Assembly (NCBI GenBank): GCA_963777975.1
Contig: CAVZSO010000009.1
Span: forward strand, 1,481-65,480
Length of the DNA stretch: 64,000 nt
Origin: an uncultured Chloroflexia bacterium
GTDB lineage: Bacteria > Chloroflexota > Limnocylindria > Limnocylindrales > CSP1-4
Direction: 5' to 3'
Below, piece after piece: positions 23,732 through 34,677 of the stretch. The notes below the pieces were generated by a model that did not search any database, was not told the DNA's origin, and worked only from the letters and a program-made list of their open reading frames with translations. A program made the translations under genes and the position numbers. How positions within the stretch are numbered: position 1 is the first letter of the stretch; each line of letters begins with the position of its first letter.

Positions 23732-25349
23732 TCAGGCCCAATCCGTACGCCCTCCAGACGCTGCCCAGCCTGTCACCACGTCCGGACGCCGGACCATCGG
23801 ACATGCGTCCACAGCGTCGGCCGGGGACTCAGGAAACTCGGAGCGTCTGGCGAGCGGCTCGCGCATCGACCGCGTCTCCGGCGCGCGCTTGTACGGGTGC
23901 TCGTCCGCCACGTCCTCCTCGTGGTACACGGACTCCGCGTTGACCGCCCAGATGTCGTGGTTCGCGCCGTTGGTGATGTTGTCCACCGCGCGCATCGCCG
24001 TGAGCATCGAGTGGTCGGAGTTGTTGTACCGGTGCAGGCCGTTGCGGCCGACCTGCAGGAGGTTGGCGATGCCCTCCAGCCAGTCCCGGATCGCGTCCAC
24101 GCGCTCGGCGTAGTCGGCGTCGTACATCGGGTAGGCGAGCGGCACGCGCGTGACGTAGCCCTTCTCGACCTTCGCCGGATCGCCGAGGCCGAGCTGCGCC
24201 GAGCTCGTGCTTGGCGAGCTCGACGAGCTCGTCGTCGTCCATCTCCCACAGGTCGTCGCCCTCGAAGCAGAAGTACTCCAGGCCGACGGACGCCTTCGAC
24301 TGGTCCGGGACCATCCACGGGCTCCAGGAGCGGAAGTTCTGGATCCGGCCGACGCGGACGTTCGGGTCGTGGATGTAGATCCAGTTGTCCGGGAACAGGT
24401 CCTCGCCGTCGATGACCAGCGCGACGGTCAGGAAGTCGCGGTAGCGCAGGCCCTCGCGCGGCGCGCCTGGACCTCGCCGGAGGCGGCGGCGCCGGCCATG
24501 CCGACGGTCGCGCGCAGCGGCAGCGAGGAGATCACGTGGCTGGGCTCGATCCGCTCGCCGCCGGCCTCGATCGCGACGATCCGGCCGTCGCGGACCTCGA
24601 GCTTGGTGACCGGCGTGTTCAGCCGCACCTCGCCGCCGCGCGGCGATGATCTCGTCGGCCATCGTCTCCCACATCTGGCCCGGGCCGAAGCGCGGGTAGT
24701 GGAACTCGTTGATCAGCGACTTGATCTTGTTGCCCTTGTTGCCGAAGAACGCGGCCTTGGCGGCGGAGAAGAACGACAGGCCCTTGATCCGCTGGGCCGC
24801 CCACTCGGCGCGCAGCTCGGTCGTCGGGACGCCCCACACCTTCTCGGTGTAGGTCTTGAAGAAGTGCTGGTAGAGCCGCTTGCCGAAGCGGTTGGAGACC
24901 CACTGCTCGAGGTTCTCCTCGCTTGCCCTTGGGCTTGATCGCGGCCCACAGGTAGGAGAGCGCCGGAGCGGACGAGCTCGACCGGGCCGAGCTTCTTGAC
25001 CACGTCCATGCCGTTGAGCGGGTAGTCGAGGAACTTGCCGTTCCAGTAGATGCGCGACATGCGCGGGCGCTTGAGGAACTCCTCGCTTCATCACCTCGTG
25101 CCAGAGGTCGTCGACTTCCTTGGACTTGGTGAAGAAGCGGTGGCCGCCGAGGTCGAAGCGGTAGCCGTCGCGCACCTCGGTCTTGGCGATGCCGCCGACC
25201 TGGTCCTCGGCCTCGAAGACGATGACGGGTCGGCCCTGCCGGGCGAGCAGGTAGCCGGCCGTCAGGCCGGCCGGGCCGCCGCCGAGGACGGCGACGGGAC
25301 GGTCGGAGCCACCGCGCTCGAACGGCGCCGCGGTGTCGTCGAGAGCCAA
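23732..25349 (-). pseudogene. NAD(P)/FAD-dependent oxidoreductase (UDP-galactopyranose-mutase / amine-oxidase-like); frame changes
   Basis: TTG start, then RPVAVLGGGPAGLTAGYLLARQGRPVIVFEAEDQVGGIAKT (dinucleotide fold). Also GYRFDLGGHRFF, NRFGKRLYQHFFKTYTEKVWG, FHYPRFGPGQMWE, YRDFLTVALV, WIYIHDP.VRVGRIQNF, and VGRNGLHRYNNSDHSMLTAM. Confidence 0.75.
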
Positions 25350-25468
25350 GGGGACTGTCCCGCACCCCCGGAACCGATCCTGGTGCCCGCTACAGCCCTT
25401 CAAATCCGGCCGCCGCAAGAGCGGCTCCTAGCAGGCCTAATCGCCCGCCGGGCCGCTACGCTCAGACC

Positions 25469-26163
25469 GTGCAGACCGCACGACGCTCGACATCCTGCTG
25501 GTGGACGACGACCAGCCGCTGCGCGAGATGCTCACCCGCTCGTTCGAGCGCGAGGGCCACCGCGTCACCGCGGTGGCCGACGGCCACGCGGCGCTCGACG
25601 CGGCGGCGGACCGCCCGTACGACGTCGTGCTGCTCGACGTCGCGCTCGGCGCCGGGCCCGACGGGCCACGACGTGGCGCGATGCTGCGCGGCCGCCGCGA
25701 CGTGGTCCCGATCATCATGCTGACCGCGCTCGACAGCGAGGCCGACGCGGTCCAGGGCCTCGAGGCGGGCGCCGACGACTACGTCACCAAGCCGTTCGGG
25801 CTCGCCGAGCTGCGCAGCCGCATCCGCGCCGTGCTGCGGCGCGCGCGGGCCGCGTGGTCGAGGGCAGCCTGCGCGTCGGGCCCGTGACGCTCGACCAGGA
25901 CGCAGCGCGGGTCGTCGGCGACGGCGGCCGGTCAAGCTCACGTTCAGCGAGTACGAGCTGCTGCGCCGGCTGATGAGCCGCCCGGGCACGCGTTCAACCG
26001 CCAGGAGCTGCTGCGCTCGATCTGGGGCGACAGCGCCTACCGCGACCCGCGCGCGATCGACGTCCACATCCGCCACCTGCGCGAGAAGCTCGAGGCGAAG
26101 CCGGAGAACCCGACGCTGATCCTCACGGTCCCCGGCCGCGGCTACCGCTTCCGGGAGGCGATG
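25469..26163 (+). pseudogene. OmpR-family response regulator; frame changes, no stop in the reconstructed frame before the kinase ATG
   Basis: ILLVDDDQPLREMLTRSFEREGHRVTAVADGHAALDAAADRPYDVVLLDVAL, IIMLTALDSEADAVQGLEAGADDYVTKPFGLAELRSRIRAVLRR, and (other frames) LTFSEYELLRRLM...AIDVHIRHLREKLE...LILTVPGRGYRF. Confidence 0.8.
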
Positions 26164-27650
26164 AGGCCGCGGCTCGTCCCGCGAGGCCTGCGCGGCCGGC
26201 TGCTGGCGCCTTCGTGGTCACGAGCGCGCTCACGCTCGTGGTGGCGGCCGCGGTGCTGCTCGGCCCGCTGCAGGACCAGCTGCGCAAGCAGAGCATCGAC
26301 GAGCATGCGCGAGGCGGTCGACCTGCGCGCGCGAGGGCGTTCGACGCGCGCGCTCGCGGGCACGGAGCCGACACGCGACCCGTCTCGCGGTCCAGCGCGC
26401 GGCCGAGGACCGCGCCAGCGCACCGACAGCGCGTCGTCGCTCGTGCTTCGACGCCGACGACCACCGGCGGGGCTGCCGACCTACGACACGAGTCCAGCGG
26501 CGCCGGCCGCCGCACCGCCACGCTCGATCGCCCTGCGCGCGCTGCGCACGCGCGCGACGACGACCGACATCCGCGGCGACGACGTCCGCGTCGGTCATCG
26601 CGGCTGTTCAGCGCCAAGGGCGCGCCGCGGCGGCGTGCTGGTCGCCCAGCGCCGGCTGACCGAGGTCACGACCGCGGTCGACCAGGTCCGCAACGCGCTG
26701 CTCGCCGCCGCCGCGATCGGCCTGCTGGTGGCGGTCGTGCTCGGCGTCATGCTCTCGAGCACGCTGCTGCGCCGGCTCGCGCGGCTGCGCGCCGTCGCGC
26801 TGCGGATCAGCGCCGAGGGCCCGGACGCGCCGCCCGCGCGCGACAGCGGCCGCGACGAGGTCGGCGACCTCGCCCGCGCGCTCGCGCGCATGCAGGAGGA
26901 GCTGCGCCGCCAGGAGGCCGCGCGGCGCTCGTTCGTCTCGACCGCGTCGCACGAGCTGCGCACGCCGCTGACGATGCTCCAGGGCACGATGGAGCTGCTC
27001 GAGGAGGACCTGCGCGACGGCGGCTCGACATCGAGGACGCCCAGCTCCAGGTCACGAACGCGCGCCGCGAGCTGCGGCGGCTGTCGGCCTGGCCGGCGAG
27101 CTGCTCGACCTCAGCCGCCTCGACGCCGCCGTGCAGCTGCGCTCGGAGCCGGTCGAGCTCGGCGAGCTGGCGCGCGCGGTGGCGGCCGAGTTCGACCTGC
27201 GCGCGCACGAGCGCGACGTCGAGCTCGAGGTCGTCCCGCCGGACGGCGGCTGCTGGGGCCGCGGCGACCCCGACGCGGTCGCGCGCGTCGTGCGGATCCT
27301 GCTCGACAACGCGCTCCGCTACGGCCCGCCCGCCGAGCCGGTCAGCATGCTCACGTCGGCTGCGGAGGACGAGCGCGCGCATCCGTCGGGTCGCCGACCG
27401 CGGGCCGGGCATCCCGCCGGAGGAGCGCGAGCACATCTTCGAGCGCTTCCACCGCGGCCGCGGCGCCGGCGCGGAGAGCGGGTTCGGCCTCGGCCTGGCG
27501 ATCGGCCGCGAGCTGGCCGAGCGGATGGGCGGCACGCTCGGCTCGCCGACGAGGAGGGCCGCGCGGCACGCGCTTCGGGCTCACCTGCCGGTCGCCGACC
27601 CGGGCCCGATGGCGCCGGAGCCCGGCCCCGCCACGGCCGGTCGTGCCTAG
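26161..27650 (+). pseudogene. Sensor histidine kinase (HAMP, HisKA, HATPase_c); frame changes
   Basis: TM segments ...VTSALTLVVAAAVLLGPL and LLAAAAIGLLVAVVLGVMLS. Also RDEVGDLARALARMQEEL, FVSTASHELRTPLT (H-box), RILLDNALRYG (N-box), VADRGPGIPPEEREHIFERFHRG, and GFGLGLAIGRELAERMGG. Confidence 0.8.
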
Positions 27651-29218
27651 CGCTTGACCAGCACGGTCGCCCGGAGCCGGTTGACGCCGTTGTCGGGCTC
27701 CTCCGGGCGCACGGAGAGCGGAGAAGCCGCGGGTCGTTGCTGACGTACTGGCGCCACTCGGCCGAGCGCACGCGCACGAGCTCCGTCCACGGCGCCTGCC
27801 AGCGCCGATCTCGTCGGTGATCGGCTCGACGAGCACGAGCCGCTGGCCGATCGGCAGATCGTCGAGCAGCGGCTTGAGGTCGCGCTCGGCGGTCGTCGCG
27901 CGGAGGCGCTCGGCGCCGTCGCGCCAGTCGGTGACCCCGGTGTCGCGGACCGGCCCCGGTGAGCGGTCGCGTAGTCCAGGCCCGTCGGGCAGGTAGTAGC
28001 GCAGCACGGGCGACCTGCTCGGGCTGGGTGGAGACGACGAGGTCGCCGGGCGCCAGGCTCGGCGCGATCGCCTCGGCGATCGCGCGGACGTTGCTCTTGT
28101 CGTCCGGCGCGGTCGTGGCCGGCCCAGATCACGGCCGCGACCACCAGCGCGCCCACGATGCCGAGCCGGCCCGCGTGCGCGAGCCCGCCCGCCGACCGCC
28201 AGCAGCAGCGGCGGCAGCGCGACGGCGAGGTAGCGGTTCGCCCAGGCGGGCGACACCTGCGAGCGGCGAAGGCGACCAGCAGCGTCGCCACGCACAGCCG
28301 CGAGCCAGGACGCGAGCAGCGCGCGCCCGCCGCGGGGAGGAGCGCCCCGACCGGCGGCTCAACAGCGCGCCGAGCCCGGCGCCGGCCGCGAGCAGCAGTC
28401 CGACCTGGGCGACCGTGCCGAGCATCTGCCCGGGCGCTGCGAGCAGGCGCCGAGGTCGGCGCCTTCGACCACGGCGCCCCGGTGTGCGCGGCCTGGAACA
28501 GCGAGCGTCGGCATCCACGGCGGTACAGCACGAGCGCCCCGCCGAAGCCGATCAGGCCGTCCTGGAAGAGCTCGCGCCGCCCGTCGCCGCGGCGCGGCGA
28601 GCAGCAGGGCCAGCCACGTCAGCCCGCAGCCGAGCGCGAAGAACAGCGCCCAGTTGTGCGTGTACAGCAGCGCCGCGAGCGCGACGGCGAACAGCGCCGC
28701 CCAGCGCCGCCGGGCCGGGCGGGCCGGCGCCTCGGCGGTGCCGGCGAGCCGAACGCGCGCGCGAACGTCCCGCACGCGACGAGCGCGAGCAGCACCACGA
28801 GCGCGTACATCCGCGTCTCCTGCGCGTACTGCGTCAGGAACGGGTTCGTCGCCGCCAGCAGCGCGGCGGCGATCCACGCCGTCGCGCGCCGAACAGCCCG
28901 CGCGCGGCCCACCACGCGACCGGCACGGCGAGCACGGCGAACAGCAGCGACAGCGCGCGCGTGGCCTCCTCCGAGGTCCCGAACACCGCCATCCAGACGT
29001 GCAGCAGCAGGTAGTACAGCGGCGGCGAGCCGTCGAGCCGCAGCGCGTCCGGGATGTCGCCCAGCGGGCCGGTCGGCGATCCCCACCGACAGCCCCTCGT
29101 CGATCCAGAAGCCGATGCCGAGGTCGCGCGTGCGCAGCACGAGCGAGAGCAGGACCACGACCGCCCGATCGCCGAGGGGCGCGAGCAGCCGCGCGTTCCC
29201 GGCGACCGCAGCGGGCAT
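27647..29218 (-). pseudogene. GT39/PMT_2 (ArnT-like) integral-membrane glycosyltransferase family protein; frame changes
   Basis: MPAAVAGNARLLAPLGDRAVVVLLSLVLRTRDLGIGFWIDEGLSVGIADRPLGDIPDALRLDGSPPLYYLLLHVWMAVFGTSEEATRALSLLFAVLAVPVAWW, then ALFAVALAALLYTHNWALFFALGCGLTWLALLL, plus a soluble C-terminal part. Confidence 0.6.
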
Positions 29219-29254
29219 GGTCCACGCCGGCGGCGCGGGCGAGCGTCGCCATCG

Positions 29255-30730
29255 CTCAGGAGGTTAGAGGCATGTTCATCGGCGCACAGGTGCTTCCCGA
29301 CGATCCAGCGCTTCGTCTTCGTGATGTCGGGGAAGCGGGGGTCGCGCGCGTTGCGCCGCGTCCAGTAGGGCGCGATCATCGTGCCCCGGCCCGAACGGGA
29401 AGATCGCGACCTGCTGCTCGTCGAGGTGCAGGTACCACCGCGACCGACTGGCACCTGGAACGGCCCGGTGAACACCTGCCCGCACGCCTTGATCCGCCTC
29501 CTCGCCGCCGGCCTTGGCGATCACCTCGACGAGGTTCGGGCCGTAGCAGCCTCGCGACTCGTAGTCGATCCGCTCGAGCTGGGTGCGCCAGGTGATCCGC
29601 CTGCGCGAACACGAACGGGGCGGCGACCGCGAGCGCCAGAACCCGGCCGCCGCGACGGCCGCGACCGGCGCCCAGCGGCGCAGGATCCCGCACAGCTCCA
29701 CCCATCCCGCACCGGCGAGCACGCAGACCAGCGCGGCCGGGAGCGCGACGTAGCGCAGGTTGCCGGCGAAGCCGGCCTCGGTCATCAGCGCGACCGCGAT
29801 CATCAGGCGCGGTCGCGCACCGCGAGCGACCGCACGACGCGGGCGAGCGGCTCGCGCCGCCGCCGGACGGCGAGCACGACGGCGATCACCGCGCCGACGT
29901 AGACCGGCACCGACAGCACCGACGCCGAGCGGCGGAAGACCTCCACGAACGGGAAGGCGGCGAACGCGGCCGAGTCCGGGTTGGGATCGCGGGCGCGCTC
30001 GGCGGCGCGCAGGACGTCGCCCGAGCCGAGGTACTCCGGCACGAACCACAGCACGAGCGTGAACAGGCGCCGTGCCGACCACGAGCGCGATCTCGCGCCA
30101 CGGCGGGCGGCCGCGCCACTCGACCGCCACGTACCAGAGTCCGTAGAGCGCCCAGAGCGGCCACACCTCGGGCCGCAGCAGCGCGGCGCGCGAAGCCGAG
30201 CAGGAAGGCATCGCGGCGGCGGCCGTCGAGGTGGCGCTCGACCGCCCACAGCACGAGCGCGACGAGCAGGCCCTCGGAGTTGCCGCGCCCGAAGTTGAAG
30301 ATGAACTCGTCCGCGAGCAGGAGCGAGAGCCCGGCGATCGCGCCGGCCACGGCCCGGCCAGCCGGCGCCGAGGCGGTAGGCCATCGCGAACGCGAGCAGC
30401 CCCGCCGGCGCGCGCGACGACGAGCCACAGCTCCGGCGCCGCGTCGTCGCCGAGCAGCGAGAACGGCGCCGTGAACAGCATCGGCAGCGGCTTCCAGGAC
30501 GGCCCGCCCTCCGTGACGAGGTCGCGGTGCGCGACCTCGCGGCCCCAGATGATCCACGCCCACGGGTCGTACGTCGGGGTCGAGGGACCGAGCAGCGACA
30601 GCGCCGCGACGGCGACGCAGGCGAGCACCAGCAGCGCGATCGGGCGCGCCTTGCCGGTGGGCTCCGGCGGGGCGTCGGCGAGCGCGCGCAGCCGGCTCCG
30701 CGGCGGCCGTGGATCGCGGGTCGCGGTCAC
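29255..30730 (-). pseudogene. GT-C-like polytopic membrane protein, paralog A (family not recognised); many frame changes
   Basis: IALLVLACVAVAALSLLGPSTPTYDPWAWIIWGREVAHRDLVTEGGPSWKPLPMLFTAPFSLL, FNFGRGNSEGLLVALVLWAVERHL, LLRPEVWPLWALYGLWY, and MTEAGFAGNLRYVALPAALVCVLAGAG. These motifs align with those of the intact ORF at 42014-43331. Confidence 0.55.
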
Positions 30731-30739
30731 GGCCGGAAC

Positions 30740-31207
30740 CTAGCGGGCCGCGGAGCGGTCCAGGCGCACCCAGCGGATCCCGCCGGGCACGACCCGCTCC
30801 TCGGTGGCCGTGAAGCCGCGCCGCTCGTAGAGCGCGCGCGCCGGCGCGTTCGCGGCGCCGGTGCCGACCGTCCAGTGCGTGGCGTTGCGCTCGCGCGCCT
30901 CGAGCGCGTCCAGCAGCGCGGTCGCCACCCCGCGCCGGAACGCGCCGGGGTCGACGACGAGCCGGTGGATGTCGACCGTGCCGCCCGCGCGCCGGAAGGA
31001 GACCGCGCCGAGCAGCGCGTCGCCGTCGCTGGCGCCGAGGAAGGTCTCGCCGCAGCCGCGCAGCTGCGCCGCCGTTTCGCGCATCGGCGGCAGCTCGGGG
31101 GCGCCGATCAGCTCGGCCTCTATGGCGTAGCTCGCGCGCTGCAGCGCGAGCAGTCGCTCGAGCGTGGCGTCGTCGCCGAGGTCGAGCCGGCGGACCACGG
31201 CGCTCAC
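30740..31207 (-). CDS. GNAT-family N-acetyltransferase
   Basis: Intact 155-aa ORF: VDIHRLVVDPGAFRRGVATALLDAL (acetyl-CoA binding Q/RxxGxG/A-like) and ARALYERRGF. The GTG start overlaps the upstream stop (GTGA). Confidence 0.85.
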   Translation of the reverse strand: MSAVVRRLDLGDDATLERLLALQRASYAIEAELIGAPELPPMRETAAQLRGCGETFLGASDGDALLGAVSFRRAGGTVDIHRLVVDPGAFRRGVATALLDALEARERNATHWTVGTGAANAPARALYERRGFTATEERVVPGGIRWVRLDRSAAR

Positions 31208-32105
31208 TGCAGCGCCAGCGCCGCCAGGACGGAGTCGGGCGGCTCCGCTTCGCGATCGACGGGCGCGTTCGGCGTGGCCCCAGGCGGCGAGGCCACGGTC
31301 GAACGCCGCCAGCGGGAGGCGGCAGGCCTCGGCGAGCGCCGCGCGCGCGGCGCTCCAGCAGCAGGCGGTCGCCGGAGACGAGCAGGCGCTTGGCGGCGAG
31401 CGTCGCCGGATCGTCCTCCCCGCCCAGGAACAGCTCGCCGGCCGTCAGCTCGTAGCGGCCGGCGGCGCCGAGCGCGCTCAGCAGGTCGAAGCGGCGCGCG
31501 CGGCCGAAGCCCGGCAGCGAGAGGCGCTCGAACACGCGCGCGAAGCGGCGCTCGGGCGACCAGCCGGCGTCGCCCGTGAAGGCGGCCTGCTGCGAGCCCG
31601 CGCGCTCCGCCCAGGCGCGGTAGGCGTCGGCGGTGCGGCGGCGGTCGGCGGGCAGGTCATCGGGCGTGCCGTCCTCCCAGCGCGGGCGCGCGACGGCCAG
31701 CGCACCCTGGAGCTCGGGCGACTCGGGGCCGGCGAGCGCGAGCAGGAACGCGAGCCAGCTCGCCTGCTCGAGCTCGGCCTCCTCCGCGATCTCGGGATAC
31801 GGGCCCGGCGGGACCAGCCGCGCGGCGGCCTCCGTGAGCGCGGCGGCGAGCCGGCGCGCGTCGGCGGTCGCGCGCAGCCCGGGCGCGAGCGCGTTGCGGT
31901 AGCCGTCGTCGGCGGCGCGGGCGACGCGGCGCGTGACCACGCCGGAGCGGCCGGTGGAGCCGCCGCGCCGCTTGGCGCCCGACGCGCTGCTCGAGCGCGT
32001 CCGCGGCGCGCTCGGCGGCGCCTTGGAGCGCAGCTCGGTCTGCTGCTCGCGGCTGCAGATCGGGCAGTTGGAGGTCAGGCGGTTGTGGCGGCAGAAGAGC
32101 GACAC
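31204..32105 (-). pseudogene. Hypothetical protein with an N-terminal zinc-ribbon (CRHN..CPIC); one frame change near 31350
   Basis: VSLFCRHNRLTSNCPICSREQQ..., a basic linker, then ASWLAFLLALAGPESPEL..., FERLSLPGFGRARRFDLLSALGAAGRYELTAGELFLGG.DDPATLAAKRLL. This is read from part of the 829-aa composite ORF 29886-32375. The start overlaps the P450 3' end by about 31 nt. Confidence 0.5.
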
Positions 32106-33358
32106 GGCCTCGATGGTTGTAGCGGCTCGGTCAAGACCATTCCGCCGCGCGAGGGGCGCAGGGTCACGGAGCCGCGGATCATCCTCTCCGTGTGCTGCCC
32201 GGCCGGGGCGAGGGCGAAGCGCTCCAGCACGGCGCGCAGCACCTCGCGCAGCTCGAGCGCGGCGAACGCCGCCCCGGCGCAGCGCCGCACGCCGCCGCCG
32301 AACGGGAGGTACGTGCCGGGCGCGGGCGCGGCGCTCAGGAAGCGCTCCGGCCGGAACGCCGTCGGCTCCGGCCACGCCTGCGGGCGGCGGTGGGCGAGGT
32401 AGATGCAGGGCGCGACGTGGACCCCGGGCGGGAGCGTGTGGCCGCCGATCTCGAACGGCGCGGCGACGCGGCGGGCCGCGATCGAGAGCACGGGCCGCAC
32501 GCGCAGCACCTCCTTGACGACCGCGTCGAGGTAGGCGTCGTCACCCGCGCGCACGCGCTCCTGCGCTCCGGGATGGTGCGCGAGCCGCTCGAGCGCCCAG
32601 GCGAGCGAGCCCGCGGTCGTCTCGTGGCCGGCCGCGAGCACGGTCACCACCTGGTCGCGCAGCTCCTCGCGGGCGATGCCCGCCTCCCGCAGCACGGCGA
32701 GCAGCGATCCTTCGGCGTGGCCGCCGCGGTCGATCTCGTGCGCCAGCAGCGCGTCGACCTCGGCCACCGCGCGCAGGAACGCGCTCCAGGTCGCGCCGCG
32801 GTGCAGCGACATCGCGACCAGCCGCGGCAGCGACGCGGTCATGTCGAGCGCGCGGCGGATCGCGGCGCGCAGCTGCGGGCGCTCGACCGGGCCGAGCACG
32901 ACGCGCAGGATCACGTCGAGCGTCAGCGCCTGCATGCGCGGGAGCGTGCGCAGCTCGCCCGCCGTCCAGCCCGCGACCTCGTCCTGCGCCATCGTCGCGA
33001 CCGTGTCGCGCCAGCCGTCGAGCGCCTCGCCGTGGAAGGCGGGCAGCAGCTCCCGGCGGCGGCGCAGGTGCTCGGGACCGTGCGTGAGCAGGATCGAGGT
33101 CGGGCCCGCGAACGGCTCGAGCACGGTCGAGCTGGCCCCGCCGTGGAGCTGCTCGTCGCCGGCCGCGAAGATCCGCCGGATCTCGCCCGGGTCGGCGACC
33201 AGCACCATCGGCGCGTCGGCCCACGCCACCCGGACCGTGAACGGGTCGCCGTGGCGCGCGCGGCAGCGGCGCAGGAACGCGGTCGGCCGCGCGATCCACT
33301 CGACCGTCTGCAGCGCGGCCGGTTCCCTCGGGCCAGGCGGGAGCACGTCCTCCATCAT
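32075..33358 (-). CDS. Cytochrome P450
   Basis: Intact 427-aa ORF: AGHETTAGSLAWAL (I-helix), EVLRVRP (ExxR), and FGGGVRRCAGAAFA (heme Cys-ligand loop). Confidence 0.9.
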   Translation of the reverse strand: MMEDVLPPGPREPAALQTVEWIARPTAFLRRCRARHGDPFTVRVAWADAPMVLVADPGEIRRIFAAGDEQLHGGASSTVLEPFAGPTSILLTHGPEHLRRRRELLPAFHGEALDGWRDTVATMAQDEVAGWTAGELRTLPRMQALTLDVILRVVLGPVERPQLRAAIRRALDMTASLPRLVAMSLHRGATWSAFLRAVAEVDALLAHEIDRGGHAEGSLLAVLREAGIAREELRDQVVTVLAAGHETTAGSLAWALERLAHHPGAQERVRAGDDAYLDAVVKEVLRVRPVLSIAARRVAAPFEIGGHTLPPGVHVAPCIYLAHRRPQAWPEPTAFRPERFLSAAPAPGTYLPFGGGVRRCAGAAFAALELREVLRAVLERFALAPAGQHTERMIRGSVTLRPSRGGMVLTEPLQPSRPCRSSAATTA

Positions 33359-33392
33359 CGCGCGCCGCGGGCCGCGGCACGGCGGGGCGCCG

Positions 33393-33770
33393 CTACAGGG
33401 GGCGGCGCCCGCCGAAGCCCGACTCCGGCGCGTGCCAGTGCCCGACCTCGGGCTCGTCGAGCAGCCAGCAGAGGTAGATCTCCTCGCCGCCGAGCAGCGA
33501 CGGGAAGTCGATCAGGCCGCGCTCGAGGTCGCGCACGACGACGTCGAGCTCCTCGAGCTGGTCGAAGCCGAGCGCCACTTCCAGCGCCGCGGCCGCGTGC
33601 TCGCGGCCCGGCCAGGCGCCGCCGCTGACCTCGGCGAGGGAGGCGAACTCGGGATGGAAGCCCTCGGCGGTGAGCTGCCGCCGGGCGTCGCGGACGCGGC
33701 GCACGATGCGCCCGACGAGGTCGAGCTTCGCGTTCGCCTCGTCGACGGTGTAGTGACGGTGATGGAGCAT
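33393..33770 (-). CDS. DUF2203-like protein
   Basis: Intact 125-aa ORF: MLHHRHYTVDEANAKLDLVGRIVRRVRDARRQL...VVVRDLERGLIDFPSLLGGEEIYLCWLLDEPEVGHWH. This pattern is remembered from the DUF2203 family. Confidence 0.65.
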   Translation of the reverse strand: MLHHRHYTVDEANAKLDLVGRIVRRVRDARRQLTAEGFHPEFASLAEVSGGAWPGREHAAAALEVALGFDQLEELDVVVRDLERGLIDFPSLLGGEEIYLCWLLDEPEVGHWHAPESGFGGRRPL

Positions 33771-33827
33771 CTCTGGCGGGGCTGTTACCCCGCTCCGCCG
33801 ATTGCTATCCGTGCCCGAACGGGCAAC

Positions 33828-34160
33828 TCAGGTGCGGTAGCGACCGCCCGCCTTCGCCCACTCGAGCAGGTGCGCGACGCCGCAGAACCCGTCCGGAATC
33901 CGGTGCTCCCCGCGGTTGCGCACGACCGCCACGTGGTCCTCGGGCGTCAGCTCCCGCTCGCACCACGCGCAGTGGGTGAGCCCGTCGCGCACGCCCTCGG
34001 CGTCGCCGGGCAGCGGCTCCCAGTAGGCGCCGCGGATCGCCCACGGGATCACGTGCTCGAGCCGGCAGAAGACGGCGCGGCGTCCGCCGGCGAGCTCGTA
34101 GGCGCGGAAGCCGTCCCATGGGTCCACGGCGGCGCCGCACCAGGTGCAGGGCTCGCTCAC
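33828..34160 (-). CDS. Hypothetical 110-aa protein with two CxxC pairs (zinc-ribbon-like)
   Basis: Intact ORF: MSEPCTWCGAAVDP...THCAWCERELTPEDH... Its ATG overlaps the stop of the upstream gene (ATGA at 34157-34160). Confidence 0.55.
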   Translation of the reverse strand: MSEPCTWCGAAVDPWDGFRAYELAGGRRAVFCRLEHVIPWAIRGAYWEPLPGDAEGVRDGLTHCAWCERELTPEDHVAVVRNRGEHRIPDGFCGVAHLLEWAKAGGRYRT

Positions 34161-34666
34161 AGGGGGAGCTCGAAGCGGCCGTCGCCGACCGCGAGCAGCA
34201 GCGGCTCGCCGTCCCGGGCGACGATCGTCATCGGCAGATCGGGGTCCTGGGTGGCGAACTCGGCGGTCGCGACGCTGCGGCCGCCGAACGCGCGGGCGAG
34301 CTCGAGCACCGCGCCCCCGAGGTTGGCGATCGCGCCGATCGGCGCGGCCAGCTCGCCCGTCACCGGGTCGGCCTTCAGCGCCGAGGACGGCGCGGGCCGG
34401 ATCTCGGGCAGCGCGCGCGGCGGCGCGGGCACCGGCATCTCCCGCGGGACCTCGTGCGCCTCGCCCTCGTCGATGAGCTCGAGCACCGCGTCCGGCCGCG
34501 CGTCGAGCATGGCCGGCGGGCCCGCGTCGCCGAGGTCGAGCAGCAGCACGACGCGCAGCGCCTCCGAGCGCGCGAGGAACGCGCGCACCGTCGCGATCGC
34601 CTCAGCGTGACGGGCGATCGCCTTCAGCGCGGCGGGATCCTGGGCTCCGGGCTGCACCGCAGCCAT
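34157..34666 (-). CDS. Hypothetical 169-aa protein
   Basis: Intact from MAAVQPGAQDPAALKAIARHAEAIATVRAFLARSEALRVVLLLDLGD... to ...GDGRFELPL. It starts 11 nt after the upstream stop. No family recognised. Confidence 0.5.
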   Translation of the reverse strand: MAAVQPGAQDPAALKAIARHAEAIATVRAFLARSEALRVVLLLDLGDAGPPAMLDARPDAVLELIDEGEAHEVPREMPVPAPPRALPEIRPAPSSALKADPVTGELAAPIGAIANLGGAVLELARAFGGRSVATAEFATQDPDLPMTIVARDGEPLLLAVGDGRFELPL

Positions 34667-34677
34667 GGTGGCACGGC

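Noticed and set aside
29886-32375. 829-aa ORF on the minus strand, the longest in the track
   Set aside because: Only the segment encoded by about 31204-32105 reads like a real protein. The rest is Arg/Ala/Gly-rich off-frame read-through across the GNAT gene and the membrane-protein gene, as expected at this GC content.
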